A DNA stretch of 64,000 nucleotides from Neocallimastix sp. 'constans' (taxonomy: Eukaryota): positions 310,001 to 374,000 of the forward strand of contig JBODTK010000013.1 in NCBI GenBank assembly GCA_050613775.1. The letters are read 5' to 3'. Below are positions 13,010 through 26,500 of the stretch, piece after piece. A program made the position numbers and the translations under genes. The notes beneath the pieces are model-generated. The model did no database searches. It was not told where the DNA came from and worked only from the letters and a program-made list of their open reading frames with translations. The stretch's first letter is position 1, and every line of letters begins with the position of its first letter.

Positions 13010-14100
13010 TCTATTGGTTTAGGAAGTTATGATTATCATAAAAGAGAAGTTTACTTCAGTCAAGGTAATTGTAATTGAGCCAACCCTACGTACAATAATC
13101 GAAGTATCAATATTCCTTTTATTGTTAAGATCTCTCACCACAAAATAGATAAATTATTCACATTTATTAGCTGCTTTAATAGAGTAGAACATTTTGAATA
13201 CACAATGCTCTTAGGACTAAACTTTCTAGAGAAGCACAAGACCTATCGTTACGATGACCAAGAACCACAAAGATAGTCTGCCTGGGAAGAGACCGCCTAG
13301 ACTACCCTACGGAAGACAATACATGCTTAATGACCGTTGCTACTAATGAAAGTATAAATTTTAAAGAATAACCACAAAAGTCATAGTAGCTTCTAATTAA
13401 ACCAATAATTCTATTGTAACAAAATGACAAAATGCGTGCAACCCTCCGGAAATCTGATAGGAGAAAATTCTGCCAGATTATTCCAAACCAGGACCACCAA
13501 GACTACCCTACGGAAATTGAATAGGAGAAAGTTTAACCAGCAAAGATTATTCTCAGCCAGAACTAACTGGACTACCCTCCGGAAATCCTATAGGAGAAAA
13601 TTTGGCCAGAAAATAATTGACTGAGTCAGAAGTGGAACAACGACCCTACGGAAAATTCTAGGCACCGCTTCAGCCAGCAACAATCTTCGCAAACCACATC
13701 AGGCAGGACAACCCTACAGGAGAAGTTCGAGACATCGCTGCGTTGTTTTCGAAGCAATGACAGGTTCGAAAATTTTTAGTAAGCTCGATTTATAAAAGTG
13801 CTTAAAACCTTATTAGAACACGAGAAGGTGACGAATTCAAAACCGCCATCCCTACCAAAATATGGAGATTTTGAATATACAGTGATGCCTTTTGGTCTCA
13901 TCAACGCTCCTGCTATTTTGCAAAGATTTATCATCACTGTCCTACGCGATGTTATTAACAAATAGGTCCAGGTTTACTTAGATGATATAATTATCTACTC
14001 AAAAAATTTGGAAGAACATGTTAATCAAGGATAAACCTTTCATTGTGGAATGTGATGCCAGCAACTTTGCCATTGGTAGTGTTCTTTCCCAATATGGTGA
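13010..14100 (+). mobile_element. Degenerate Ty3/Gypsy pol fragment (PR end, repeat linker, RT, RNase H start)
   Basis: LGLNFLEKH (~13215); [40 protein letters not shown] (13810-14000); then a jump to KPFIVECDASNFAIGSVLSQ (14033-14092). Confidence 0.88.
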
Positions 14101-16139
14101 TATTTTATTTAAGATTGTACAAATTTATTGTTGGTCATATACTTGATATGTATATATTAAAAATGTGTTACCAAACTCCATAATACCATATAAGTAAAAA
14201 AACATCAATATTTTATGGCTTACAGTCTTCGTTAAATTTTATTTATTAATATTTTTTTTAAGAAATAGAGTTGATTATTGGTTTAGATATTTTGATACAA
14301 TAATTAGGATTTAAATTACTAAAACGATATAAATTATTAGAAAGTGAAAATAAATGATAAATAATTTTATAAATATAAATCATAATGAATAATTAATAAT
14401 TTTTTTTTATTTTATTGATTTTTTTTTAATTTTTAATTTTTAAATTTTAAATATTATTTATATTTATATTTTTTTTTCCTTTGGTTGATTTTTATTTTTA
14501 TTTAATATAATCTATTTTTTTAAATAAGTTTAATTTATTTTTATTTTTATTTTTATTTGTAAATACAATATATTTTTATTTTTATATTTACTTCCTTTTG
14601 TTTATATTGTTTGTATTATTTTTTCTACTTTTTTTTTTTATGAATTTATTTTTTAATGGTTTTTTTTCTTTCAATTCTTGAAATTACAAAAAAAAAAAAA
14701 AAAAAAAAGAATTATTTATTTTAATCTTTTTTCGTCTTTCATTTCCTTATCATCTTTTCTTTAAAATCAAAAAAAGAAATCCAAAAAGAATAATAATTAC
14801 ATAAATGAAAAATTGAAAATTAAAAATTAAAAATTTTTTTTTTTAGTATCATCTTAATTTTAATTTTGTTTTAACTTTCATATTTTTAAATTAATTTCAA
14901 TTCAATTTTTGATTTTTATTTATTACTTTATTTACATTTTTTTTTAAACAAAAAATAATTTTTTTTCTAAAAAAAAAAATAAAACTATGCAGGTATGACA
15001 ATTATCATTAATAAGAAAGAATAGTTTCATAGATTTAATATTTTTTTTTTAAAAAAAAAAATTAAAATAAAATAAAAAAAAAGTGCCTTTTTAAGAATAA
15101 ATAAAAAAATGAAATAAAAATTATTTATAAAAATACGATAATATTATATATATAAGAGATATTAATAATTCAAATTTAAAAAATATAAATATATAAAAAA
15201 AATAACGCTATGTAACATAATAAGAAACAAAAAATTAAAATATAAAAAATAATAATAAAAAAATAAAATTATAAATAAAAATACATAAAAAAAATTAAAT
15301 AAAAAAAAATATTAAATAATAATAGTTAATAAAAAAAAAAATGAAAATTAAATAATAAAAATATATTAAAAAAAAATATTTTTAATTTATAACAAATATT
15401 TCAGTTATATTTATATTTTTTTTTATTTATTTGTTTATTCAATTATTTTATTTTTATTTATCTCATTAATTTAATAAATCAATTTATAAATGATTATTTC
15501 TTTTAATTATTTTTATTAATTATTTTTTATAAAAATTAAATTTTTTATTTTTATTATAATTATTTTTTATATATTATATATTATTTTATATATTATATAT
15601 TATATATTATATATTATTTTTATTTAATTATAATATTATTATTAATATATTGTTAATTTATTTAATTTTTTATTATTTTTTATTAATTATTAATTATTAT
15701 ATTCTACTTTATAATATTCTTTATTATATTTATTTAATTTAATATATATTTAATATTATAAAAATTTTTATTATAAATATATATAAATATATATAATATT
15801 AATATATAAATTTATTAAAATAAATAAATTAAATATTTAATAAGAATATTTTCCTCGTGGAAAAGTTTAGATCAATAGTAATTAAATCTTTAATTAAAGC
15901 ATAACCTTTTATGGATAATTCATATTCATAAAATGAAATAAATAATATAATTAATGAATAATTAAGTTATATGAAATTATTAAATAATAAATATTATTAA
16001 AAAATAATAAATATTAATAATTAAAATGTAATTCAAATAAAAAGAATTTAATAAAAAAAAAAATAAAGAAAACAAAAGATAAAATATAAAGTAAGAAAAA
16101 AAAGTATAAGAAATATAGAATAAATAATAAAAAAATTTC

Positions 16140-16470
16140 ATAAAATAATAAGAAATAAAAAATAAAAAATAAAATAAAAAATAAAAAAAAATAAAATAAA
16201 AAAATAAAAATAAAAATAAAAATAAAAATAAAAAAATAAAAATAAAAATAAAAATAAAAATAAAAAAATAAAAATAAGAATAAAAATAAAAATTAATATA
16301 ATAAAAAAAATAAGAATAAAAATAAAAATTAATATAATAAAAAAAATAAGAATAAAAATAAAAATTAATATAATAAAAAAAATAAGAATAAAAATAAAAA
16401 TTAATATAATAAAAAAAATAAGAATAAAAATAAAAATTAATATAATAATAAAAATAATAAAAATAAAAAA
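16140..16470. repeat. (AAAAAT)n microsatellite grading into a 36-bp minisatellite (~4 copies)
   Basis: ATAAAAAAAATAAGAATAAAAATAAAAATTAATATA repeated at ~16301, 16337, 16373, 16409. Confidence 0.8.
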
Positions 16471-17054
16471 CAGATTATATAAAGCCTATGATGAAATAAG
16501 ATACCTAATGATATTTATTTTGTTGAAGTTATATACATTTTATTCAAAAGTTTTAAATTCTTAAGAAATAATTTATAATATTTAAAAGACTTAATAATAG
16601 ATATTAATTAATATAAAAAATATTACTATTTTTAAAAAATTTTTAATTATATATATAAAATAAATAATTACTTGATTATTACTTTTATTATTTTTTTATA
16701 ATTTTTTTTTTTTTTTGTTTTTATATATATATATTATTTTTTAACTTTTTGTAATAATTTTTTTTATCATTTAAATCATAGATTTATAAAGGGCTTATTT
16801 TTAATCTATTTTTATAATAATAAAATAAAAACTATAAAAATGGTGTAAAAATTTTTAGAGCTTCTTTATTTTAATTAATCATTTTTTGAATTACCTTTTC
16901 TTTCATTCCTTTTAGATTTTATAATAGTCTAACCCGATGTCCTATGAAAATTATAAAAATACTATTTCATAAAATTGAACATTGATTTTCCTTTTTTTAA
17001 TAATGTTAATTTAAATTCTCCAAATTTTTTATCTCTTTAAATTTAAAAAAAAAA

Positions 17055-17340
17055 AACATCGTACTAGGACGGAGTTTCTATTTATTATTCCTAATCTTTT
17101 CATACTAGGAAGGAGGAAGGAATAGGAATTGAAATAAAAAAAAATTTCCGAAATATAAATGTTCAAAATATGATGCCATCGCCCCTAACGCATAAGGAAA
17201 AAAGAAGGAGATTTTTATTTTTTTTGGGTTTTTTTTGATTTTTTTTATTGTATAATTAAATAATAAATCTATTAAGTCAATTATTATAATTTTTATTTTT
17301 TTTTTTTTTTTGATATTAGTCAAAATAGTCAAAAACGAAA
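17055..17340 (+). promoter_or_regulatory. Candidate scaffoldin promoter (locally GC-richer island)
   Basis: GC-richer patch 150-420 bp upstream of the predicted ATG with repeated TACTAGGA (x2) and AGTCAA (x3); based on position and composition only. Confidence 0.3.
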
Positions 17341-17478
17341 TAAACCTAAAAAAATAAAGTAAAAAAAAAAATTAATAAACATTTATAATTATATTTATTT
17401 CAAAAAAAAAAAAAAAATACAGTCTTTTAGTAAACTTGAGAAAGCATTTCCAACCTAAAAACGTTAAAGATTAATAAA

Positions 17479-17501
17479 ATGTTGGGTTGGAAATATTTCT
17501 G
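17479..17501 (+). CDS. Scaffoldin exon 1 (MLGWKYF + 2 nt), predicted start micro-exon
   Basis: ATG in aaaATG context; donor GTATGA in phase 2, matching the phase exon 2 requires; completes a signal peptide. Confidence 0.6.
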
Positions 17502-20500
17502 GTATGAAAAATAATTTAAAAAAAAAAAATAAATCATTAAAAATTTAATTATAAGTACTTCTATGAAAAAATTCGTTTTTATTATTAATTAATTTTTATT
17601 TCTGGTATGAAGCAAATAAAATAAAAAAAAAAAGAGATATATTTATTATTTTATAATTATATATTAATAGTATTTTATTCTATATTTCTTTTTGATTTAA
17701 AGTTTAATAAAAAATTTTAAAATTAGTAATATTTAAAATAAAAATGAATTAAAAAAGAATAGATATTTAATAGAAATGAATAATGACGGATGAATAATAA
17801 AATTATGAATAAATAATAGTTATATATATATATATATATATATGAATAGTAACTATAATTAACAAAAAACAATAATATAAATACATAAACAAATATATTT
17901 TAAATAAATTTAATAAATAATATAAATGAATAATAATATAATTTTAATAAAATTATTAGATAATTAATAAATGAACAAATAAATAGGAATTTAATAAATA
18001 AAATAATAAATAAATAAATCAATAAATAAATAGAAGTTTGATAAAATTAAAATTATAATTTTAATTAAAATTCTTATATATAAATATAAATAATAGTAAA
18101 AATAAAAAATTTTAAATAATATATATGAACTAATTAAAAATAATTTAATAAATATAAATATAAAAAATTAATGATCAAATAAATACAACTTTAATAAATT
18201 CAATATATAATTTAAATGTATAAATATATTAGAAATAAATAAATATAATAAATAATATATATGGATAAATCATTAATTATTTAAATAAATATTATAACTT
18301 AAAATAAATGAATAAAAATAATTATTTAAATAAAAGATTAGATATGAAAATATATATATATATATTAGACAAATAATAATTTATATTTAAATAACAGATT
18401 AGATATAAAAAAAAATTAAATAAATATATATTAGTTAAATAATAATTAATATTATTTTTTCTGTTCTTTAATAATTTATAATAATATTATTAACATCGTA
18501 ATTAATTATTATATATATATATATAAATAGCTTATTTTATTTACTATTACTTTATCAATTGCAATATGCTTTAGCAGGTAAATAATATATTTTTTTCTTA
18601 TTTTTACTGAAATCAAAATAATAAAGTTTAAATTAAATACTCTTTAATAATAAGTTTTTTATATAATTCTTTAAAAAATTAATTTTTTATATTTTAATTA
18701 TTCTAAAATTTATATATTTAATATTAATTTTATAAAATGAAATATAAATATTATAGCTGGTTTAGATAATTGTGAAAATGAAATAACTGATAATAATTGT
18801 TTCGAAATTGATTATAAAAATAAAAACTGCCTACAGAATGGATTTATATATAGAGTGGGTTCTACTGAAAGCTCATGTGTAGGAAAATTAACTTCTGGTG
18901 TTCATATATTCGCTTCTAACAGTACAGAAATAGATCTAACACTAAAAAAAAAAATAACTGATTCTAATGTTAAAGATTATAGTATGTATGTCTGTTCGGA
19001 AAGTGGATGTGTTAAAACCACAGGTTACATTATGATAAATGAATTGTATGTTATGTTGTATGAAGAACCAGAAGACTGGAAAATAAATTTAACAAGTTAT
19101 TATCAAGTGGCAGGAAGTAATATAGAGCAACTTAATTATATAGGTGATGAAGGTGATGTAGAGCTTCCATTTGTGAAAAAGGGATATGCAAAAAAAGAAC
19201 AAAATTCTTTTTTTATCATAGGTGAAAGTGGTGCTACAAAATTAGATACAGATACTAATGAATTATGTAATAATAACTCAATAGGTAAATTTAATTCAAA
19301 TGATGGTGTATGTTTGGGTATGAATTCTTCAGGATCTTCAATAAGTCTTGCATTTGCATCTGGAAATGATGACGAATATATTCTAATTAATCCATCATCT
19401 GATTCAATATTTTCTATTTCAACTGAAAATGATGGTATTTTATTGAAACATACACCGAACGTAATCTATTATAATAATTCTGAAAATGGTATAATAAATT
19501 TTTTTTTTTTAATATTTTTTTTTATAATTATTTCCTATAAACTGATAAATTGTTTTTTTCTTTTATGATTATATAGTTAAAAATATTATAATAATAAATA
19601 ATGACACAAAAAAAAAAATTTCCCAATTTAGTAATTCCGAATTAAATGATTCGGATTTAAGTAATTATTATATTTATGAATGTGAACAAGGTAAATGTAA
19701 TAAAAAACATGGACATAATATTGTTGATGTCAGTACTATGAAAGGGATTGATATAACTGATAGCAATTTAGAATCTAGTAATGTTACTAATGCTATAAAT
19801 AGTATAATTATACTAAACTGTGATGATAATTCCTGTAAAAGAACATTTGGCTATTTCAAGACAAGTAAAATAGATGACGTAAAATACTATTCTATTTCAT
19901 ATGATGGTAGTAATAAATTAATGGAAAATGGCGATTTTAGTACTACAGAATGTAGTGATAATAATACAGATATAGGTAAAATCACAAATGAAGGCGCCTT
20001 TTGTCAAGGATTATATAGAATTAATGATGCTATGACAGGTGGACAATCATATATTATATCAGCGAATTCTCAAACTATTTTTTACAATAAATTAGAAGGA
20101 AAAAGTTTAGTGATTTCAGCAACGTCGAATACTCTTATCTATAATGGTCTCAGTACAAATGAGGGAATACAATTATTTGGTAGTGGTGTTTTAATTTCAA
20201 CAACTGAAAGTGATATTACCGATAAAAACGAAGATAAGTTGGTACTTTATTACTGTAATAATAACGGTATTTGTCATTCTTTAAAAGGCTATATAAAAGA
20301 TAATAAAGAAAATTATTATAAAGTTGAAGATAATAAATCAGAAAAAATTAATTTTAACAATAGCAATTATGAATGTACCAAAGAAGCTGCGGGTAATTTA
20401 ATTTCAAACAAGAAGTTATGTCTCGGAAATGAGAGTATTGATTTTATAGATGATGTAACTAAACCAGAATATTATATTTATAATAAAGATGACCAATATT

Positions 20501-23500
20501 TGTTTGTTAGAGGAGTAAAGAATATGTTTACAATAGAAGAATTTAATGGTTCAGGTAAGCCAAAATAATTAATTAAATAATATATGTATAAAATAAAAAA
20601 TCTAATTTTTAAAATAGAGCAATTATTAAACACGAATAAAAAATTAAAGTAAAAATTAGAAAGAAAACGTATATGTATTAAAAAAATTAATAAGAATAAA
20701 TGAAAGAGCTTTGAATATAAAAATAATAATATAAAATATATTGAAATAAAACAAAAAGAAAATTAAAAAAAATAAAAATAAAAATAAAAATAAAACTAGT
20801 TATAAATAAAAATGAAATTAAATATTATAAAATAAAAAAAGTAAAATGAGAACGAAGACGCATTTAATTAATTGATAAACTATATATTAAAATTTGAAAA
20901 AGAAAGAAAATAAATAAATTATAAAATTGTATAGATTTTATGGAAAGAAAAAAATAGAACAAAGAAACAAATAAGTTAAAAAAATTAAAGAAATTTTATT
21001 GTTTTAAAATATTAAATTTGAATATATAAATATATATACATATATAATATACATATATATAATATTTATTTTTATAATTTTTTTTAAAATAAATTACTGA
21101 TTTTAATTATTTATTTATATTTTTTAAATATTGTATCTGATATCATAGTTCATCTTGAAAAATTTAATGTTATTAATACAGAAGATGTAACAAAAATAGA
21201 TATAGAAAATATAAATGCTAATGATTTAACAAATATCATTACAAATTTAACACTTTTCAATTGTGATATTGAAAAAGAAATTTGTAGACAAACCTATGGT
21301 TATATTAAATCAAAAGATAATACTTATTATTATTCATTTGATGCAAATAAATCCAAACCTAATAAAGTAGTTGAGTTTACTTCATCAAAATGTAGTGACT
21401 CTTCTGATATAGGAACATTGCAATCCAATGGATATTTATGTCTTATTAATTATTCCAGTGATCCTAAAACAGATAGTATGACTAATGGCAATAATTATGT
21501 TATAAGTGTCAGTGCCAATAACATTTTTTCAGCTTCTGCTGAAAATATTGTTATTAGTGCAACCAATTATGCCTTTTACTATGATAATCTCTATGATGTA
21601 AGCGATGGCAAAAATGTAGTACTCACTGATGCGGATACAAAAATTACTGAAATTACTGAGAATACAGATGTAACCAAATTGAAGGTCTATCTTTGTAATA
21701 CTTCAGGTATATGTACACAAGTTGATGCTTTTATTGAAAAAGATGACAAATATTACCAAATAATAAATTCTAATGCATCTGAAATTACTGAATCTTTGTC
21801 AGACACTTGTACTATTAATAATCTTCTTAAAGGTGGAAAGCTCTGCATCACTGGATCTAATAATGATGCCATTAACTTTATAAAAGATGACACTATTAGT
21901 TATTATATGACTTATGATGGAACAAATTATAAATTAGTCATTGCTAAAAAGAATTTATTTATAGTAGCCCCCACTAGTAGTAATATATTTTAATATTTTA
22001 TTTTTTATTTTAATTAGAGTTTATTAATTATTTTAAATAGAATTTTTTTTCTTTGAATTAATATACATTTTATTCATAATAATTATAGTTGATAATTTAT
22101 ATATTATTTTTTCTTAATTATTATTAATTACTTGATAATAAATTAAACCAAATCCTAGATATATTATAAATATTTTTATATTCTATCTAATCTTTTCTTT
22201 TTGTTAATTATAATATATTTTAATAATAATATATAAGGCACCGGTGGATCACTCAATTTAATTAATTTAAATGATGCTACTATAACGGATTTAGCATCAG
22301 GAACAATAACATCTGATGATCTTCCTTATTTAGCTCTTTTTAGTTGTCAAACCACTAATAAAATATGTAAAAGAACTTATGGTTATATTAAGATGGGAAA
22401 TAGTGATTCATCTAAATACTACACTATTGACGCAAATGGTCTTGAAAAAAATACAGAGTTTATAAGTAATATCTCTTCATGTGATCAAACAGATATAGGT
22501 AAATTAGACACATCAGGAAACCTTTGTATTAAGGATGAAAATTCTCTAAATACATATACTGGGTCCTTAAGCCCGTCCGAATCTTATATTATGTACAATA
22601 ATAATAGATCTGTATTTTCTGACTTAACTGATATAAATATCTATATAACTTCCACTAGTAATGCTTTTTATCATGATAAATTTGTAGATGGTAATTTGAT
22701 TTTTTATATATAACAAATACTCCATTTTTTAATATATTATGTTTTTATATTTTTAATTAAAATATAAAATTAAAAGTGGAAAAAAAATAGAATTAAATAA
22801 AAAAATAAAGAGTAATAAGTAAAATAATTAAGAAATTAATATCACAGAATAATATAGATATAGATTTTTAAAAAAAAAATAAAAATAAAAATAAAAATAA
22901 AAATAAAAATAAAACCAAAAGAAATAAAATATAAATAAAACAATAGAAATCGAAATGGAACAATAAAAATAAAAATAAAACAATAGATATAAAAATAAAA
23001 CAATAAAAATAGGAATAAAAATAAAAATATAAAATAAGATAGAATTAAAAAGTAATAAAATATTTATATTTAAAAGAATTATAGATAAAAATTAATTTAT
23101 ATTTATTCTGTTATTTATTTATTTTTATCTATAAATAAATAATACATTAAAGTTTTCAATAGAAACTAAATTTATATATATATACTTATTTTTATTTTTT
23201 AAATATTTTTTCCAAATAGTTTCAACAGATGGTGGTGTAAAATTATTCCAATCTAATAAATTAATTAGCCCCAATTCCATTAGTAGTAATGAAGAGTTAT
23301 CCTTATACATCTGTAATACAGAAGGTATTTGCCTTCAAGCAGAAGGTTATGCCAATGATAATACAAATTATTATAATATTAGAATTTCTGGATCAAAAGG
23401 AATGGAAAACGCTGATTTTGTTAATGAATGCTCGGAAGAGAGTACTGGTAAATTAAATTCGAATCAAAAATTTTGTACTGGAGGTACAAAGAGTGAAAAT

Positions 23501-26500
23501 TACCCAGATAAAGTAAAAAATTACATTATTTATGAAGTTGATACTAAACCTAGATTAGTGAAAACTGCATCAGGACTGATCGCAAAAGTAGAAATAACAG
23601 GTAAATGAGATGTAATATTGATAACATATTTATTTATTTATTTCAAAATTTATAATTACAAGAAAAAATTAAATTTTAACAATTATTTTTTTTTTTAAGA
23701 ACACTTTTATTTTTATAGTTAGTTATTTTTTTTAAATTTCATTAAAATTTTATTTTCACTAAATTTTATTTTAGTTATTTCAGATATTTTAAATATTTTA
23801 GATATATTACATTTTTAAACTATTATTTTTTATATTTTATTTTTTAATTTTCTAAAAAAGTCCGTTTTAATATTTAATATTTTGTAATTATAATTTCAAT
23901 CATGTTAATTAATTTAATTATATATCATTAATTTATTTTTAAACGTTATTTAGAGCATCCTTATGATGGTCTCAATATTTATAGGATCGAAAGTTCAATA
24001 TCGAAATTTAAATCTTTTGATAAAGAAATAGAAACAGAAACTCTGACAAATCTCTATTTTTTCAATTGCAATCTCAATGGTACTGTTAAAAAATGTCAAC
24101 AAACCTATGGTTATTTGAAAGGAGCAAATACCATTTATGAAATAAATTTCAATGGAACTAAATCAGCTACTACATCAGAAAACTGTACTTCTGGAACAAT
24201 TGGAAGTATTGCTTCTGAAACAGTCAATAATGCTACATCAAATAAATTTTGTCTAAATACTGAATCCAAGAATGTTGATTTCACAGATGAAGGTATATAT
24301 GTTATTGATACCGTTGCTAATAATGTATTTACTGATAGTACTAATAATTCGATTGTAACCAATTCCACATCCAATGTTATCTTCTATGATAATTTCTATA
24401 GAGGTAATGAAATTTTACTCACCGCTTCCAATATTGTTATTGAAGTTGGAGATATAACTACAGAAAATGATACAAAATTAAAAGTTTATAGCTGTGAAAT
24501 TTCAGGTATTTGTAGTCTAGAAGGAGGTTTTGTTACCAATGGAAGTGGAAACTACTATTCCATAAGTAAAGATAGTCAATCCAAGAAAATTGACCAATTA
24601 AAAAATTCTTGCAATGGCAATATTGGTGAATTAATCACAGAAGGAAAATTATGTATTAATGATAATGACAATGAAGCTGTCGCATTCTTAACTAATATTA
24701 ATGAAAAAAAAAATTATATTGTTAAAGGAAAAGAAGGGGAAATAAGTAATTTAAAATTTATTACTTCAATACCAAATATGTTTTTGATAAGTAGTATTGA
24801 AGGTAATTATTTATTTTAAATTTTTATTATTGACTAATATAAAAGAATTAATAATACATTTTTACATAATATTTGAAATTAATGTTAAATTTTATTTTTA
24901 TTCAATTTTTTTTATATGCAATTTTTTTTATAAATAATATAACATTTAAAAATCCAAGGTCTTACGAAAGGAGTAAATTTAGTGAATAATAAAATTTCAA
25001 AGAAAGTGAAACCAACTGATGACAATTTAGATATACCAAATCTTGCACTATACTATTGTATTGAAATTAATAATAATAGTTCAGATTTATCTTGTAAAAA
25101 AACTACTGGCTATATTAAGATTAATGATAATGGTAATCAAAATTTTTATTCTATTGGCTGGAATGGTAATAATGATTTCGTTACTCCAAACAATGTGTGT
25201 TCACCTGGTTTAGTTGGGCAATTAGGAACTTCAGATAAGCTTTGTCTTGGTAGTTTTGAAGGGGAATTAAGCCAAACAGATCAATCAATAACTTATATAA
25301 TAAAACCTCCCATCTCTGGTTCTGTATTTGCGAACATATCCGATGAAAATATTTTAATTTATGCTGATACCAATTCTTTTGTTTTTGAAAATATTGTTGA
25401 TAGTAAGTCCTTTTTATTTTTATATTGCTTTTTTCAATTTATAATATTTTTATTTTTATTTCAATTTTTTAGAGTTTTAGTATCTTTTTATTCAAAACAA
25501 TTTAAAAAAAAATAAAATACCAAATAATTAAAAAAATTAAATAAATAAGATTTAAATATTTTTAAAAATAATAATACCTAAAGAAAAAATATAATTAAGT
25601 TTTCGTTTGATAAAACTTTTTATATTAATAATCTTTATATATATATATATATTTTTAATAGTTTCAAACAATCATGGTGTGAAATTATTTGATTCCAATA
25701 AATTAATCGACACTAATGATACTCCTTCTTCTGAAAGTGCCTTTTCTCTTTTTATCTGTAAAACTGAAGGTGTCTGTACAGGGGCGGAAGGTTATACATA
25801 TATTAATAACAAATATTATAAAATTCAAACTTCAGAGTCATCAGAAATGAACGATAGTGATTATATAGATAGTTGTTCATTAAGTAATGCTGGTAAATTA
25901 GAAAAAAATGAAAGAAAATTTTGTATTGGTGATACAGATAGCATACCATTCCCAACAAGTTATAAAAATTATATTATTAACGAAGATGGAACATATAAAT
26001 TTGTCAAAACGATAGAAAATATAATTGCTAAAATATCATTGAAAGGTAAATAATATTTATTTTTACATATATGATATTATAGTACTAATTATAAATATTA
26101 AATATACAAATAAAAAAGTATTACTTTAAGCTTAGAAAAAAAAAAAACAGAAAATAATTATTATTGTTATTTTTTTAAATTATCAAATTTTATTATAATT
26201 AAATAATAATAATAATATGAAAAATAGTCAAAAATATAATAACTTAGAATTTTGATTTATATTAATTTTTATTTTTAATTTTATTTTCTAAACTTTTTAA
26301 AAATTAATGAACACTGTCAACATTTTAATAATTAACAATTAATATTATAATATATTATAATTTAATAGATAACGATGGCACTAGTATTATAGATGAAAGT
26401 CATCTAGAAGATTTAAATTTGATTGATTGTGAAAAAGCAAAAATTATTAACATATCTGATGATAATTTAAAAGCTTCTTTATTAACTCCCAATATTAGTA

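Noticed and set aside
13441..13740. CRISPR array
   Set aside because: Eukaryotic context, degenerate repeats, related spacers, no cas genes, and it lies inside Gypsy pol
17563..17592. Alternative start ATGAAAAAATTC (MKKFVFIIN)
   Set aside because: Hits TAA before the second GTATGA donor, and its only earlier GT is phase 0, incompatible with exon 2
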